Below, in pieces: positions 1-10,815 of a stretch of DNA of 47,983 bases. The translations under genes and the position numbers were made by a program. The notes below the pieces were generated by a model. It ran no database searches and had not been told where the DNA came from. It was given only the letters and a program-made list of their open reading frames with translations. The stretch covers positions 25,817,912-25,865,894 of the forward strand of contig NC_068984.1 in assembly GCF_001194135.2 (NCBI RefSeq), read 5' to 3'. Every line of letters starts with the position of its first letter. Positions within the stretch are counted from its first letter, which is position 1. The DNA comes from Octopus bimaculoides (lineage: Eukaryota).

Positions 1-282
1 GGTGAGGCCCAATGTACGAAGGTCTTGCCTCACCACCTCAGCCCAGGTCTTCCTGGGCCTACCTCTTCCACGGGTTCCCTCAACTGTTAGGGTGTGGCAC
101 TTTTTCACGCAGCTATCCTCCTCCATTCTCACCACATGTCCATACCAGCGCAATCGTCTCTCTTGCACGCCACAACTGATGCTTCTAATGTTCAGCTTTT
201 CTCTCAAGATACTTACACTCTGACGGGTATTCACATTGACATTACACATCCAACGGAGCATACTGGCTTCATTCCTTGCGAG
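1..282 (-). mobile_element. RTE-clade LINE, C-terminal part of ORF2, 5'-truncated, runs off the window
   Basis: 94 stop-free codons: LARNEASMLRWMCNV...ERRLRWYGHVVRMEEDSCVKKC...GRGRPRKTWAEVVRQDLRTLGLT. RLRWYGHV.RM and GRGRPRKTW are hallmark RTE motifs. Confidence 0.9.
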
Positions 283-497
283 TATGTGTGTGTATATGTT
301 TGTCCCCCCAACATCGTCTGACAACCGATGGTGGTGTGTTTACGACCCCGTAACTTAGCAGTTCGGCAAAAGAGACTGATAGAATAAGTACTAGGCTTAC
401 AAAGAATAAGTCCTGGGGTTAATTTGCTCGACTAAAGGCGGTGCTCCAGCATGGCCACAGTCAAATGACTGAAACAGATAAAAGAGTAAAGAGTATA
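283..497 (+). mobile_element. SINE family A, 3' half
   Basis: (TG/TA) microsatellite followed by tttgtccccc...gaataagtcctgggg...cagtcaaatgactgaaac and an (AAGAGTA)-type tail, matching the full copies at 2269 and 42852. Confidence 0.9.
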
Positions 498-1600
498 TAT
501 AAACATTTTATATGTAACTCAACATAAACATGTACTCTACTAAAAAAGTATTGAATAATTCTTCAGTGTAATGAAAATATTGTATTTTATATTATTTTAT
601 AGCTTGACATAAAAATAAACAAATCCATCCATCCATCTTGTACTGTTCAAAGTGCACAAAATTGCTGTATATTTTAAGCATAATAGCTAAAACTTGTAGA
701 TGATCGACATGAATTGAATAGAAAAACAGCTCCTACTTTATTTCATGACACAACCAATACTTTAGTTTCATATGTGTTTGGCAAACTTTTAAGACTTAGT
801 TAAATGTGTAGCATTATATCATTAATTTCATCATGTCTTAAGCAGTGTTTGATACATAAAAGATATACTTTAATTGATGTTTTATAGAATTTAATTAATC
901 TAATTAATTGTTAACTCTCAGGACACTGCACCCTTCAAAAGTTCCATGTTTCCCAAAATTTACCAACACAATTTCTAATGTGTCTATGTATTGTTATTGT
1001 CTATAGATTTTTGGAAAGCTACATAAAATATCAGTTAATGGAGTTCATCTCAAGGAACAACTCCATTGTTCATGAAAGCATTTATGTGGTTTGTATAATA
1101 GGAGATAAAAATTGAACTGATCAAAAAATAAACTTTGATTCTTTTGTATTATTGTAAGTCACATCATGTAAATGTTATGTAGGTAGTTAAATCCCTGCAT
1201 TACATTTGACACTTTCTTTTTCAAACAACTGATGTTGTATATAGCCTCTCTTTTCCTAGCATTGGCTGTATTATAAATTGTGATATTTACAGGTGTTTTT
1301 TGTTTAACAAAATGTGGAATGGAGTTCATGACCTTTTCAGACACTTTGACATTTGTGAGAATGATGTCATTGATGTTTAGGTTGAAAATTTACAGGTAGG
1401 TCAGGAATTCCTGCAGGTTACACTTCTGAGTAGAAAGGATTCAGTGAAAGGGCAAAATCTAAGAAGTGAGGAGAAGTGGGCTTGTGTAGAGAGGTTATTA
1501 AGGTAGGTAGATCAGAAGGTCAAAAGTCATAGCATGGATGTGACCTGATGATTAAATCTTTGTCAATCAGTTGAATGATCCTCTTTTACATGTGGCTTAT

Positions 1601-1989
1601 GTGGAGGCGCAATGGCCCAGTGGTTAGGACAGCGGACTCGCGGTCATAGGATCGCGGTTTCGATTCCCAGACCGGGCGTTATGATTGTTTATTGAGCGAA
1701 AACACCTTAAGCTCCACGAGGCTCCGGCAGGGGATGGTGGCAAACCCTGCTGTACTCTTCCACCACAACTTTCTCTCACTCTTACTTCCTGTTTCTGTTG
1801 TGTCTGTAATTCAAAGGGTCAGCCTTGTCACACTGTGTCACGCTGAATATCCCCGAGAAGTACGTTAAGGGTACATGTGTCTGTGGAGTGCTCAGCCACT
1901 TGCACGTTAATTTCACGAGCAGGCTGTTCCGTTGATCGGATCAACTGGAACCCTCGACGTCGTAAGCGACGGAGTGCCAACAACAACAA
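1601..1989 (+). mobile_element. SINE family B, full length (tRNA-derived head, (CAA)n tail)
   Basis: Box A TGGCCCAGTGG and box B-like GTTTCGATTCCC; near-identical reverse copies at 29893 and 44481. Confidence 0.9.
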
Positions 1990-2019
1990 TTGAACTTTCT
2001 AGAGGGTTAGTAAATTGAT

Positions 2020-2950
2020 AAGGGCTGAAGTATTATCCCTCATCTTTAAGGAAATAAGTAATATTACTAATACTAATAAGAATGAGCTTATTGTAAACAG
2101 TGCAGATGCACTAAAATGTGTCAGAAAAGGGTGAAAGAGGACAGGAAAAAGCAGTAAGTCAAGTAAAGAAAGACAGCAACGATAAAAGTTAATGCTCAGT
2201 GCACAGAATAAACACAAAAAGACAGAAAAGTGAAGAGTAAAACAGCTATAAAAAAGAAAGGGTACATAGGCGCAGGAGTGGCTGTGTGGTAAGTAGCTTG
2301 CTTACCAACCACATGGTTCCGGGTTCATTCCCACTGCGTGGCACCTTGGGCAAGTGTCTTCTACTATAGCCTCAGGCCGACCAAAGCCTCGTGAGTGGAT
2401 TTGGTAGACGGAAACTGAAAGAAGCCCGTCGTATATATGTATATATGTGTATGTGTGCGTATATGTTTGAGTGTCTGTGTTTGTCTCCCCAGCATCGCTT
2501 GACGACCGATGATGGTGTATTTACGACCCCGTAACTTAGCGGTTCGGCAAAAGAGACCGATAGAATAGGTACTAGGCTGCCAAAGAATAAGTCCTGGGGT
2601 TGATTTGCTCGACTAAAGGCGATGCTCCAGCATGGCCACAGTCAAAATGACTGAAACAAGTAAAAGAGTAAAAAGAGTAAAAGAGAGACACATTAGAAAT
2701 TGTGTTGGTAAATTTTGGGAAACATGGGAACTTTTGAAGGGTGCAGTGTTCTGACAGTTAACAACTGGTGTGAGTAGTTTATTCCATGCTTTGACAGTTC
2801 TGAGTATTGTTCTTGATTAAAGAGTATGAGGTACAATCGTATCACCTTGCTTGAGTGAGCAAGTCTTTGTGTTGTCAAACTATTTGTGCTATGGAGTAGT
2901 ATTTGATGTTTTATAGAATTTAACTAAATCTAATTAATTCTTATTTTTGA
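2020..2950. repeat. Unclassified interspersed repeat family D, interrupted by SINE A at 2269-2685
   Basis: Aligns by eye to the uninterrupted copy 37686-37995 and to pieces at 870-990 and 26285-26420. Confidence 0.6.
2269..2685 (+). mobile_element. SINE family A, full length (tRNA head, CORE-like ccttgggcaagt segment, internal microsatellite, AAGAGTA tail)
   Basis: GGCGCAGGAGTGGCTGTGTGG...GGTTCATTCCC head; more than 15 related copies in the window. Confidence 0.92.
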
Positions 2951-3112
2951 TGCAATGGTCATTGGTTCTCTTTTGAACTCTTTTATTGGATTTAATGAAT
3001 GAGTATTTATTTGATTCTTGTCAGATTTCTCTTGTCTGATTTCTTTGTTCTTGAAGTAAAAGTCTGTATAGTTTTACTTATTTTTGTTGATGAAACCATT
3101 ATGATTTGTTTA

Positions 3113-3213
3113 TCATCATCATCGTTTAACGTCCGCTTTCCATGCTAGCATGGGTTGGACGATTTGACTGAGGACTGGTGAAACCGGATGGCAACACCAG
3201 GCTCCAGTCTGAT
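3113..3213 (-). mobile_element. Family C (probable RTE LINE 3' UTR), short 3'-terminal piece
   Basis: Reverse of ...cccatgctagcatggaaagcggacgttaaacgatgatgatg tail. Confidence 0.8.
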
Positions 3214-3259
3214 CCAGTAAATTCTTTGTGATGTGAAGGTGCATGGTTTAGCGATTAAG

Positions 3260-3475
3260 GTATTGGAGTCATGATTGTAAGATTGTGGTTTTTATTCCAG
3301 GACCGAGTGATGTGTTGTGTTCTTGAGCAAAACACTTCATTTCATATCTTGCCAACCCACTCAGCTGGTAAAAATGAGTAATTCTGTGACAAACTAGCGA
3401 CCTGTCCAGGGAGGAATGTATAGTCCAGAGAAACTGAGAAACCAACCCTCTGCTCTTTATGGAGTAATGTGGACT
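3260..3475 (+). mobile_element. Degenerate SINE (tRNA head + tgtgttcttgagcaa core)
   Basis: Core shared with the reverse copies at 9220-9350 and 14385-14475. Confidence 0.6.
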
Positions 3476-5109
3476 AATCAACCTGATCAACCAAATTCTT
3501 TGTGCAGTATTAGTGGAAACATGTCTTTGATTAGGTTTTGGTTTATGTCTGTAATATAGTGAAGTAGTGGAGAGTGACATAAAAGAATTTGTGGGTAAAC
3601 AAATTGAAAATAGAAAGATAAGTTGAAAAAAATTAAGAAAAGATAGTTTCTTAATGAAGTAGATGGGTGAGACATAGATGTGAACTAATCTTTTGTGTTT
3701 TGCACAGGTAAGGTTTCAGGGTCACCATTTTGTAGAACATAAGATACATGTCAACAAGGGAGCCTCTACATAGTCACACAACTAGGTAGAAATAGCAGTC
3801 AAATTTTCTTAAATTATACCTCACTGTCCTGAAAAAAAAATGATGCATTAGATAATACATTCGAGAAAAGGAGAGATAGTCATGGCTAGAATGCTTTTGA
3901 CCATTACTCAATCAGAGCTAATCTGGGGCTAAGCAACAACAACAATGTATAGGAAGATATATTCCTGGGCCAGGCAGCGCAATGTGTTCTTGTGCAAGGC
4001 ATATCATTTCATATTTCCCCAGTCTACTCAACAGGTTGTCTGTGTCTAAAATAATTAACAATAGTGGGTACAAATCATCAGGTCATACTTGTTTGCAAGT
4101 AATGGCCAAGCTCTCTCTCTCTCATCTATTTGTCTATCTAATCTTAATGCTTGTTTTTATGTCAAGTTATATATAAAAAATAATTTAACATTAAACTGAA
4201 GAATGGACAATACTTTTTTAGAGTACTTTTTTATTACATTTTTACAAGTGACTTTAAAGTTTTAGTTTATCTTCAGTGGACTGTGTGTGTTTGTGTGTAT
4301 GTGTGAGAGAGAGGCTTCCTATTTTAATAGCATTCTACTTTCTGAACAAACAATCTGTTGATATTGATATATTAATGCTTTTGAGTAATTAACATTAATA
4401 TTAAATGGAGCCAATAAAAACTTAAGTTAAGGTGTTATGTGGAAGAGAATAAAAACTCAAATGTTCTCTAGCATTTACTAAGTATGGCATTTATCTAAAT
4501 TTTGAAATTATGAATCCAAGTGTGGTAATGCTATATACATTATACTTAAGGAATTATATAGAATGTGAGAGGGTGTTATGTGGAAGTGATGTGTACTCCA
4601 GTTTCCTTGTATAGTTGAATGTAGAGTCATCAAAATTTATTGGGTTTAAACATCAAATGAAATCACAAGAGAAAATAGGAGAGCAGAGATATATTTGTAG
4701 TTGAGTAGCATGTGTAAAATTATTGATATTTTAACATTTGGGAATATAGGATCAGGAAGTATGAAGATGTCAAAAGTGAGGTTACTACGTAATAACTGAA
4801 GATTGATATCAGCAGCAGGAGGAAGTTGAGGGATGGTCTCATTTAATGTAGAACAGTGGTTTGAATCCTTTTTGCAGTGTTCAACAGCTTCTACTGCGAT
4901 ATTTTATTTATTGACTGAGTTACTATCCATCAACTTGACCAGATCCATCTGAAATGATTCTGCTCTAATTGTCAGATTTGTATTTCTCAGATATAAATTA
5001 TTATTAAAAAAAAAAATTTTAATGAGGTAGCAAGCTGACAGAATCATTTGAGCATAAAAAAAAAAAGAAGATATCTTGTAGCATTTCTCCTGGTTCATTC
5101 TGAGTTCAA

Positions 5110-5860
5110 ATCTTGCTATGTTGCCAGTCATAGGGTCATCCAGCAGCCAACCTCTTGACCCAAGGCGGCACTACCTCTTCCAGGCACTTGATGTAGGCCT
5201 CTGTGTTGAATCTTAGGCCGTGTGGGATGATGAATGGAGGCATAATGTTGCCATTACTAGTGATCACTCCAAACACCATGATGTTGACTGGATGTTTGAT
5301 TTTTATCACTCTCAGTACATGTTTTGGGGATATGGCAAGCCAGCAGTTGTTCTGTGTGTTCACTATCTGATCCTCGCAGAAATTTTTCTTGTCTGAAAAA
5401 AACCAAAACATGTTCGGTTGGAAGGGATGCTTGAGTTTGTTCAAAAGCTTTGTAACATGGTCTTTCCTCTTGTCCTTGATGGCTTGGGATAAAAATTGGC
5501 CCTTTCTCATCTTGTATGAGGAAAACGGAATGTCTTCATACACTACCTGCTTGATAAGAAACTCAGATACTCCCTTGTCCCTGGCGATGGACCTGATTGA
5601 CTTGGAGGAATCATTGTCAATCATGGCCTGGATCTCACCAACAAATTCAGGAGTTCTTTTCTTATCAGAATGATCAGAGTGAGTTTTCCGAGCTGTTGTA
5701 CCTTCATAATCACCATTAAACTCATCCAACACTTTCCAAATCCTCTGCACTTTCCTCAGATTGACACCCAAACACTCTGAAATGTTTGTATTGGAGCTTC
5801 CGGTGAAAATGCCTGACATCATCTGACAAACACCAACCAAGATGGCCTGAATCAGCCAAG
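5110..5860 (-). mobile_element. Decayed Tc1/mariner (maT, DD37D-like) transposase fragment
   Basis: About 240 codons in frame: N-terminal HTH-like part, KSIRSIARD..VS, WFFSDKKNF (first catalytic D), VNIMVFGVITSNG..MPPFIIPHGLR.N...Y. Then a stop and PYDWQHS, where RPYVWQQDSAP is expected. C-terminus and TIRs are missing. Confidence 0.85.
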
Positions 5861-6089
5861 CTTTACCTGCTAAAAATAGCGATCCAAATGCTTTTAAATC
5901 AGATCCCAATATTGGATGTTCAAAGGACAGATTTTCAATCCCAGGATCATCCTGAATCCCAAAAAGTATAATATGTCTATGTAGAACAAATGCAGGCTGA
6001 GATACAAGGGTCCTAGACACACAGAATTCCACTTTTATTATAATAGATTTCATTTTGACTGAGGCTTTATATCTCTCTCCTTCTCACAC

Positions 6090-6450
6090 ACACAATGTTT
6101 TGCATTCACTTTCCAACATGATTTTGGGGTCAGTTTTGTGTGACACCTTGGGCAAGTATCTTCTCTTATAGCCTCACAGTAACCAAAGCCTTGTGGGTAG
6201 ATTTGGTGGACAGAAACTGTCTGAAAGAAGCCTGTGGTATATATATGTTTGTCTCTTTGCCCTAATATTGTGATGTCATCATACAAGCAGTGTCCTCCAT
6301 TTCTAATTTTCCATGAAAACCTGTCCAGTCACAGGGAAATACTACCTTTCTTGGAAATACATGAGTTTGGTGACATGAAGGGCAACCAGCTGTAGAAAAT
6401 ATGCTGGCATGGAAAAGTGGACACTAAAACATTGATGATAATGATGATAC
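6090..6450 (+). mobile_element. SINE A2 (family A head with family C/RTE-type tail)
   Basis: ccttgggcaagt core, then ...ccagctgtagaaa...gcatggaaaagtggac...gatgataatgatgat tail. Confidence 0.65.
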
Positions 6451-6729
6451 TCACATTGAGACACTTGAAACATTATCTAGCAACTTATTGAATTGAAGTG
6501 AATATTATATATTTATTTTATATTTAGGTTGATTATATTATCTAGCGCCTCTCCATATTAACTGAATTCTTGTAACATTATACATATTATGATTGCTGTA
6601 AACCTGGCACCTTTTACTTTTATTGAACCCTTTTAATTGCTTTTCTATAAAAAGATCATTGTCAGTATAACTATAGGATATTTATCCATATTATTATTAT
6701 TATACACATAACAAGACTTTGTAAATGTA

Positions 6730-6990
6730 CATGCAGGCTTTTTATACTCTATGGTTTTCCATCTAATCTGATGATGACTATCTTCTCCATTTGTAGATCC
6801 TTTTAATGACTACATTCTCAATCTTTGATGTGAATGTGTAGCTTTGGTTACAGACAGGACATACAAATGTTTAGTTGAAGAGTTCTGCTATTACTCTACA
6901 TGTATGCATATCTTCTCTATTTTTGGGATGTGATGAATACATTTCTCCTACATAACTTGAATATTTCCCCCAACAGTGAGACTGCTAATG
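6730..6990 (-). mobile_element. Old LINE 3' end remnant (RTE-like C-terminal zinc motif)
   Basis: Minus frame FVCPVCNQSYTF followed by a tcatcatcagattagatgga tail; heavily decayed. Confidence 0.35.
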
Positions 6991-7079
6991 GGAAGATGAC
7001 TACAATGAAAATATCTTGGCTCAGGGATCAGATATTCATGTTTCATTACGTCTTTGTGTCTTTATTATCTGGCTACAGA

Positions 7080-7215
7080 AAGGTGGTGAGCTGGGAGAAT
7101 CGTACTTACAGTGGACAAAACGCTTAGTATCATTTCTTCTAGCTTTACATTCTGAGTTCCAATTGTGCCAAGGTTGACTTTGCTTTTCATCCTTTCAGAG
7201 TTGATAAACATCAAG
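7080..7215 (+). mobile_element. SINE family E, degenerate
   Basis: Similar to 16453-16600 (gagctggcagaa...ttctgagttc...gactttgc.tttcatcctttc). Confidence 0.7.
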
Positions 7216-8489
7216 TTTTGTAATTTGCTTATTTCATAAGCATGGGTATAGGAACAAGGATCAAATAGCCGTAAACTGTGAATTTCTATCTTGCTGTAGT
7301 GGAAGCACAACCAATAGCAGAATGTATGAGAAAGGATAACAACATCAACTGTGATCCCGTAGGGATGGAATCAATTGTGTGTCCCCATTTATTTCAATTG
7401 CAATATATAGAAAAACAAAAACTGGACAAATTCACATAAAACTCATGCATATCATGTGACTGGCAGTTTTCAATTATTTAAACAAATATACAATACACAA
7501 CAATAAATTAAATACCAGACAAGGACTATGGTTGATGCAATCAACTAGCACCCTCCCCAGCAATTTCAGGCCTTGTGCCTATAGTAGAAAGAATTATTTG
7601 ACTACAGATAAAGATAGAAGAGGAATAATGTCACCAGGTCTCATAATATATAATTCAATGATTCTGAATAACTAACAACCAGAATTATATATATCTATAC
7701 ATATGAGAGAGGAGTATCTCTTTTTGCTAGAGAGTGAGAAGAGACTGTTGAACAATGTTCACGTTAAGGGAAGAAGTTTGAGGGAATTAAATGGCATTCT
7801 CTTACATTATTCATTTGTAAATAACATACTGGGTTTCTCTATTGTCTGTTAAGTTGCTAGTTGATGAGCTACAAGTCTTTGTTCGTTGATTCTTTGTACA
7901 CTAAACAATCACTTTTACATTTCCACTTCTCTCTATTTGCATTTTATTATAGGATGGTACTAAAAGAACTGAAGCAGTGGTACAAATTACATGGGATAAT
8001 ATATTTGTGACATTATTCTTTGTTTCTCTATTGATCACACCTGGTGACTGAGCTGTTATTTGTGAAGTTGCTCTCTCACTAATTGTATAATGGATTCTTT
8101 CCAGACTCTAATCAAATTTTCTTTCATTAATGCTCTAAACAAAACACAAATAATGTTTAAAAGAAAAAAGATAAACAAAAATAAAGTGAATCAACTGTAG
8201 GTTAACTGTTGATTATTGATTAATTAGTACAAAAAAAAAATGGTGTTTAGACTGATGACACAAAGCTTGTTGATAAAAAAAATTGCTTCAGTGCTGTCAT
8301 TGTTCTAGAATTTAATATTTAAACATATCCTTATTTTATAAACCATAGAGAGTTTGTTGAGGTCTGAATGCTGCAGCATTCAGCCCTCCACATAGTTGTT
8401 CAACCTGCTAGAAATAACAACTAAATCTTTCTCAAATCACAGACTCTACTACTTTAAAAAGGACACATTTAATAATGTAGTCCTGCATA

Positions 8490-8850
8490 ACTCATCATCA
8501 CCTACGTCATTTTAACATCCAGTTTTTTGTTGCTTCCATGAGTTAGATGGAATTTTTGAGGTAGATATTCTACAACCTGATGCTCTTCTTGTTACCTATC
8601 CACCCCTTTTCCAAACACCGCTTGTATGACAGTGAGACTTATTTACAACTATCACATGGTGTCAAGGTAAGGAGACAGTGATACATACACACATGATGGT
8701 CTTCTTTCAGTTTCCTTCTACCAAATTTACTCAAGGGTTTTGTTGTCAGCCTGGGGCTATAGTAGAGGACGTTTGCCCAAGATTCCACACAATGGAACTG
8801 AACCTTGAAGCAAACATCTTACCACACAACCATGGTTGTGCCTGCACCTG
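8490..8850 (-). mobile_element. SINE A2, degenerate
   Basis: Reverse A head at 8690-8850 and reverse RTE-type tail at 8490-8620. Confidence 0.65.
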
Positions 8851-9029
8851 CTATGTTTGAAAGAAAAAAAAAAACGAGAGGTAAAAAGGTGGGATGGTTG
8901 TGGCTGAAATGTTTTTGATCAGGGCTAACTCGGAGCTAAAAAAAAACATTATGAAACTTTTCTTTGCTGGATTTTAATTCAAAGAGTATTTACCTTGTCT
9001 TGTTATGAAGGTTTCTGAGTTCTAGGCAC

Positions 9030-9352
9030 TATGAAACTGGCACTCTGTTGGTTATGATGATGAGTGTTCTAGAGGATCCTGTCAATAGAACAAGCTGCTT
9101 GTGAAATTAACATACAAGTGGCTGAGCACTCTACAGACGTGTGTACCTTTTACGTAGTTCTTAGGATGATTCAGCGTCAGATAGAATGTGACAAAGCTGT
9201 CCTTTTGAAATACAAGTACAACTCATTTTTGCCAACTGAGTTGATTGGAGCAACATGAAATAAAGTGTCTTGCTCAAGGACACAATGTGCCACTGGCAAT
9301 TGAACTCATAACTTTACGATTGTGAGTTGAATACCTTTACCACTAAGCCACA
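9030..9352 (-). mobile_element. SINE B2 (family B 3' region on a different core)
   Basis: ggcactctgttggttatgatg...ggctgagcactc tail as in family B, but an aaataaagtgtcttgctcaagg core. Confidence 0.75.
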
Positions 9353-9526
9353 TACAGGCAGTATATTGCTGCTTTTTTTTTTATCCCAGTTCTGGACTCT
9401 CTTCAACTATGACAGAACAGAATTATCAAAATTAATATTAATATAAACAATTGCAGTGTGGAAGGTGTTTATAAGCCATTTAAGACACACAAAAACCGTT
9501 AGATTCACTTCAACATTTAAATTTAA

Positions 9527-9577
9527 TTTGCCAAAATATTTTCATTGCTTTGAGACCGCAACCCGTTCACTGACAAA
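9527..9577 (-). ncRNA. Minimal type I hammerhead-like motif, G3-C8 variant
   Basis: TTTGTCA-GTGAACGG-GTTGC-GGTCTCAAA-GCAAT-GAAAATATTT-TGGCAAA: helix I 7 bp, helix II 5 bp, GAAA, palindromic AATATT. Confidence 0.55.
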
Positions 9578-10599
9578 ATTCCGTGCAGCCTTAGGGTGAG
9601 GCAGACTTTCTAGGTGCAATCCCATGGTCATTCATGACTGAAGGAGATCCTTTAATTGGCAATGGGCCTTAAGTGTTACTGCACAGAACCTTGGACACGT
9701 GTGTTCTCCCATAGCCTCAAATCAAAAAAACCTTTGAGTGAAATTTGGTAGATGGAAACTCTATGGAAGCACAATGGAACACCCATTTCTGTTTTTGAGT
9801 GTTAGACTGAAATTATCATCTTGTTTAACACCACTGGCTGACCCTTATTTGCATTTAGCAGTTTCTTATGTTGCAAGCATTTGGGTTAAGTCCTAGGTTA
9901 AAGGTTAATGTCTTCCTTTCTCTCCGCTAGTCCTGGAGGTCCTGAAGTGTCACAAGTGCTGCTCTTCTTCCTCTGGAAGAGTTTAGCTGTCCAGGCCTAC
10001 ATGTCAGTACTAGTGAGAAGAGACACACACTCATGGTGGTTCTTTTAGGTAATTAGTTCACACCTTAATTTTCTTGGTTGTTGTGAGAGCCTTAATACAC
10101 ATTTCTTTTGCCAAGGCACAAAGGCACTATTTCGTTAAGGCAGCCTTTTAGTTGACTAGGTCAACTTCAGTAGGTTATGGTTGCCAATATACTATTACTG
10201 ATTTTTCAGTCTTCCCACCATCTTCTCTTCTACCTTGTCTCTTTATTTCTCTTATGTTATCTCATTAACACACACACACACACTCTCATACATAAATACA
10301 CACTCACCCTCCTTTTCCTTTAAACACCCATATTTACACTCATTCACATAGGCATGTTATAAACCCTTAAGCATCATTCATGCACACATATATTCATATA
10401 CACAATTGATAGAACTGAGTTCAATCAGTTTTCATATTTAAATTTCTCCTTTAGGGAAATCATGACGATTTAAATTAAATCAAACAATATATTTCAAATG
10501 ACACATATCCCTATCTATATGCTCGTTGTCAGTGTGTGTGTCAAAATTCAAGTTTGTTAATGGATAAATTATTTACTCACACACGTAGTCACTTAAAAG

Positions 10600-10815
10600 T
10601 GGCATGATTTTCCTCGTCCTTTCGCTGTTTAGCTTTTGTAATCAGCCGATACCTGCCATGTCGTTTCAATAGGTTCGTCTCTGTCCTATCTACTTTCTCC
10701 TCCCCCATTTCAAGCCTTGCACTTTTGTTTAACAGCAGTCCTCCACCGACCTCGGTTTTTTCCTATTCTTCTCTCTTTATTCATTCCTTGCCTGCTTCTT
10801 CGTCTCGTATACACG
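10600..10815 (+). other. RMDN1: Putative non-coding first exon (5' UTR) of RMDN1; start approximate
   Basis: CpG-retaining, pyrimidine-rich stretch ending in a consensus donor ACG|GTGAGT at 10815/10816, 0.8 kb upstream of the ATG micro-exon. It has no in-frame ATG. TSS position is inferred. Confidence 0.55.

Noticed and set aside
1601-1680. tRNA-like sequences at SINE heads (also 2269, 16453, 44790)
   Set aside because: They continue into multi-copy SINE bodies and lack a complete cloverleaf, so they are not tRNA genes.
10642-10815. Open hydrophobic frame in exon 1 that could extend RMDN1 from a CUG
   Set aside because: No ATG; the F/L/S/P richness is explained by pyrimidine-rich DNA; exon 2 provides a better start.
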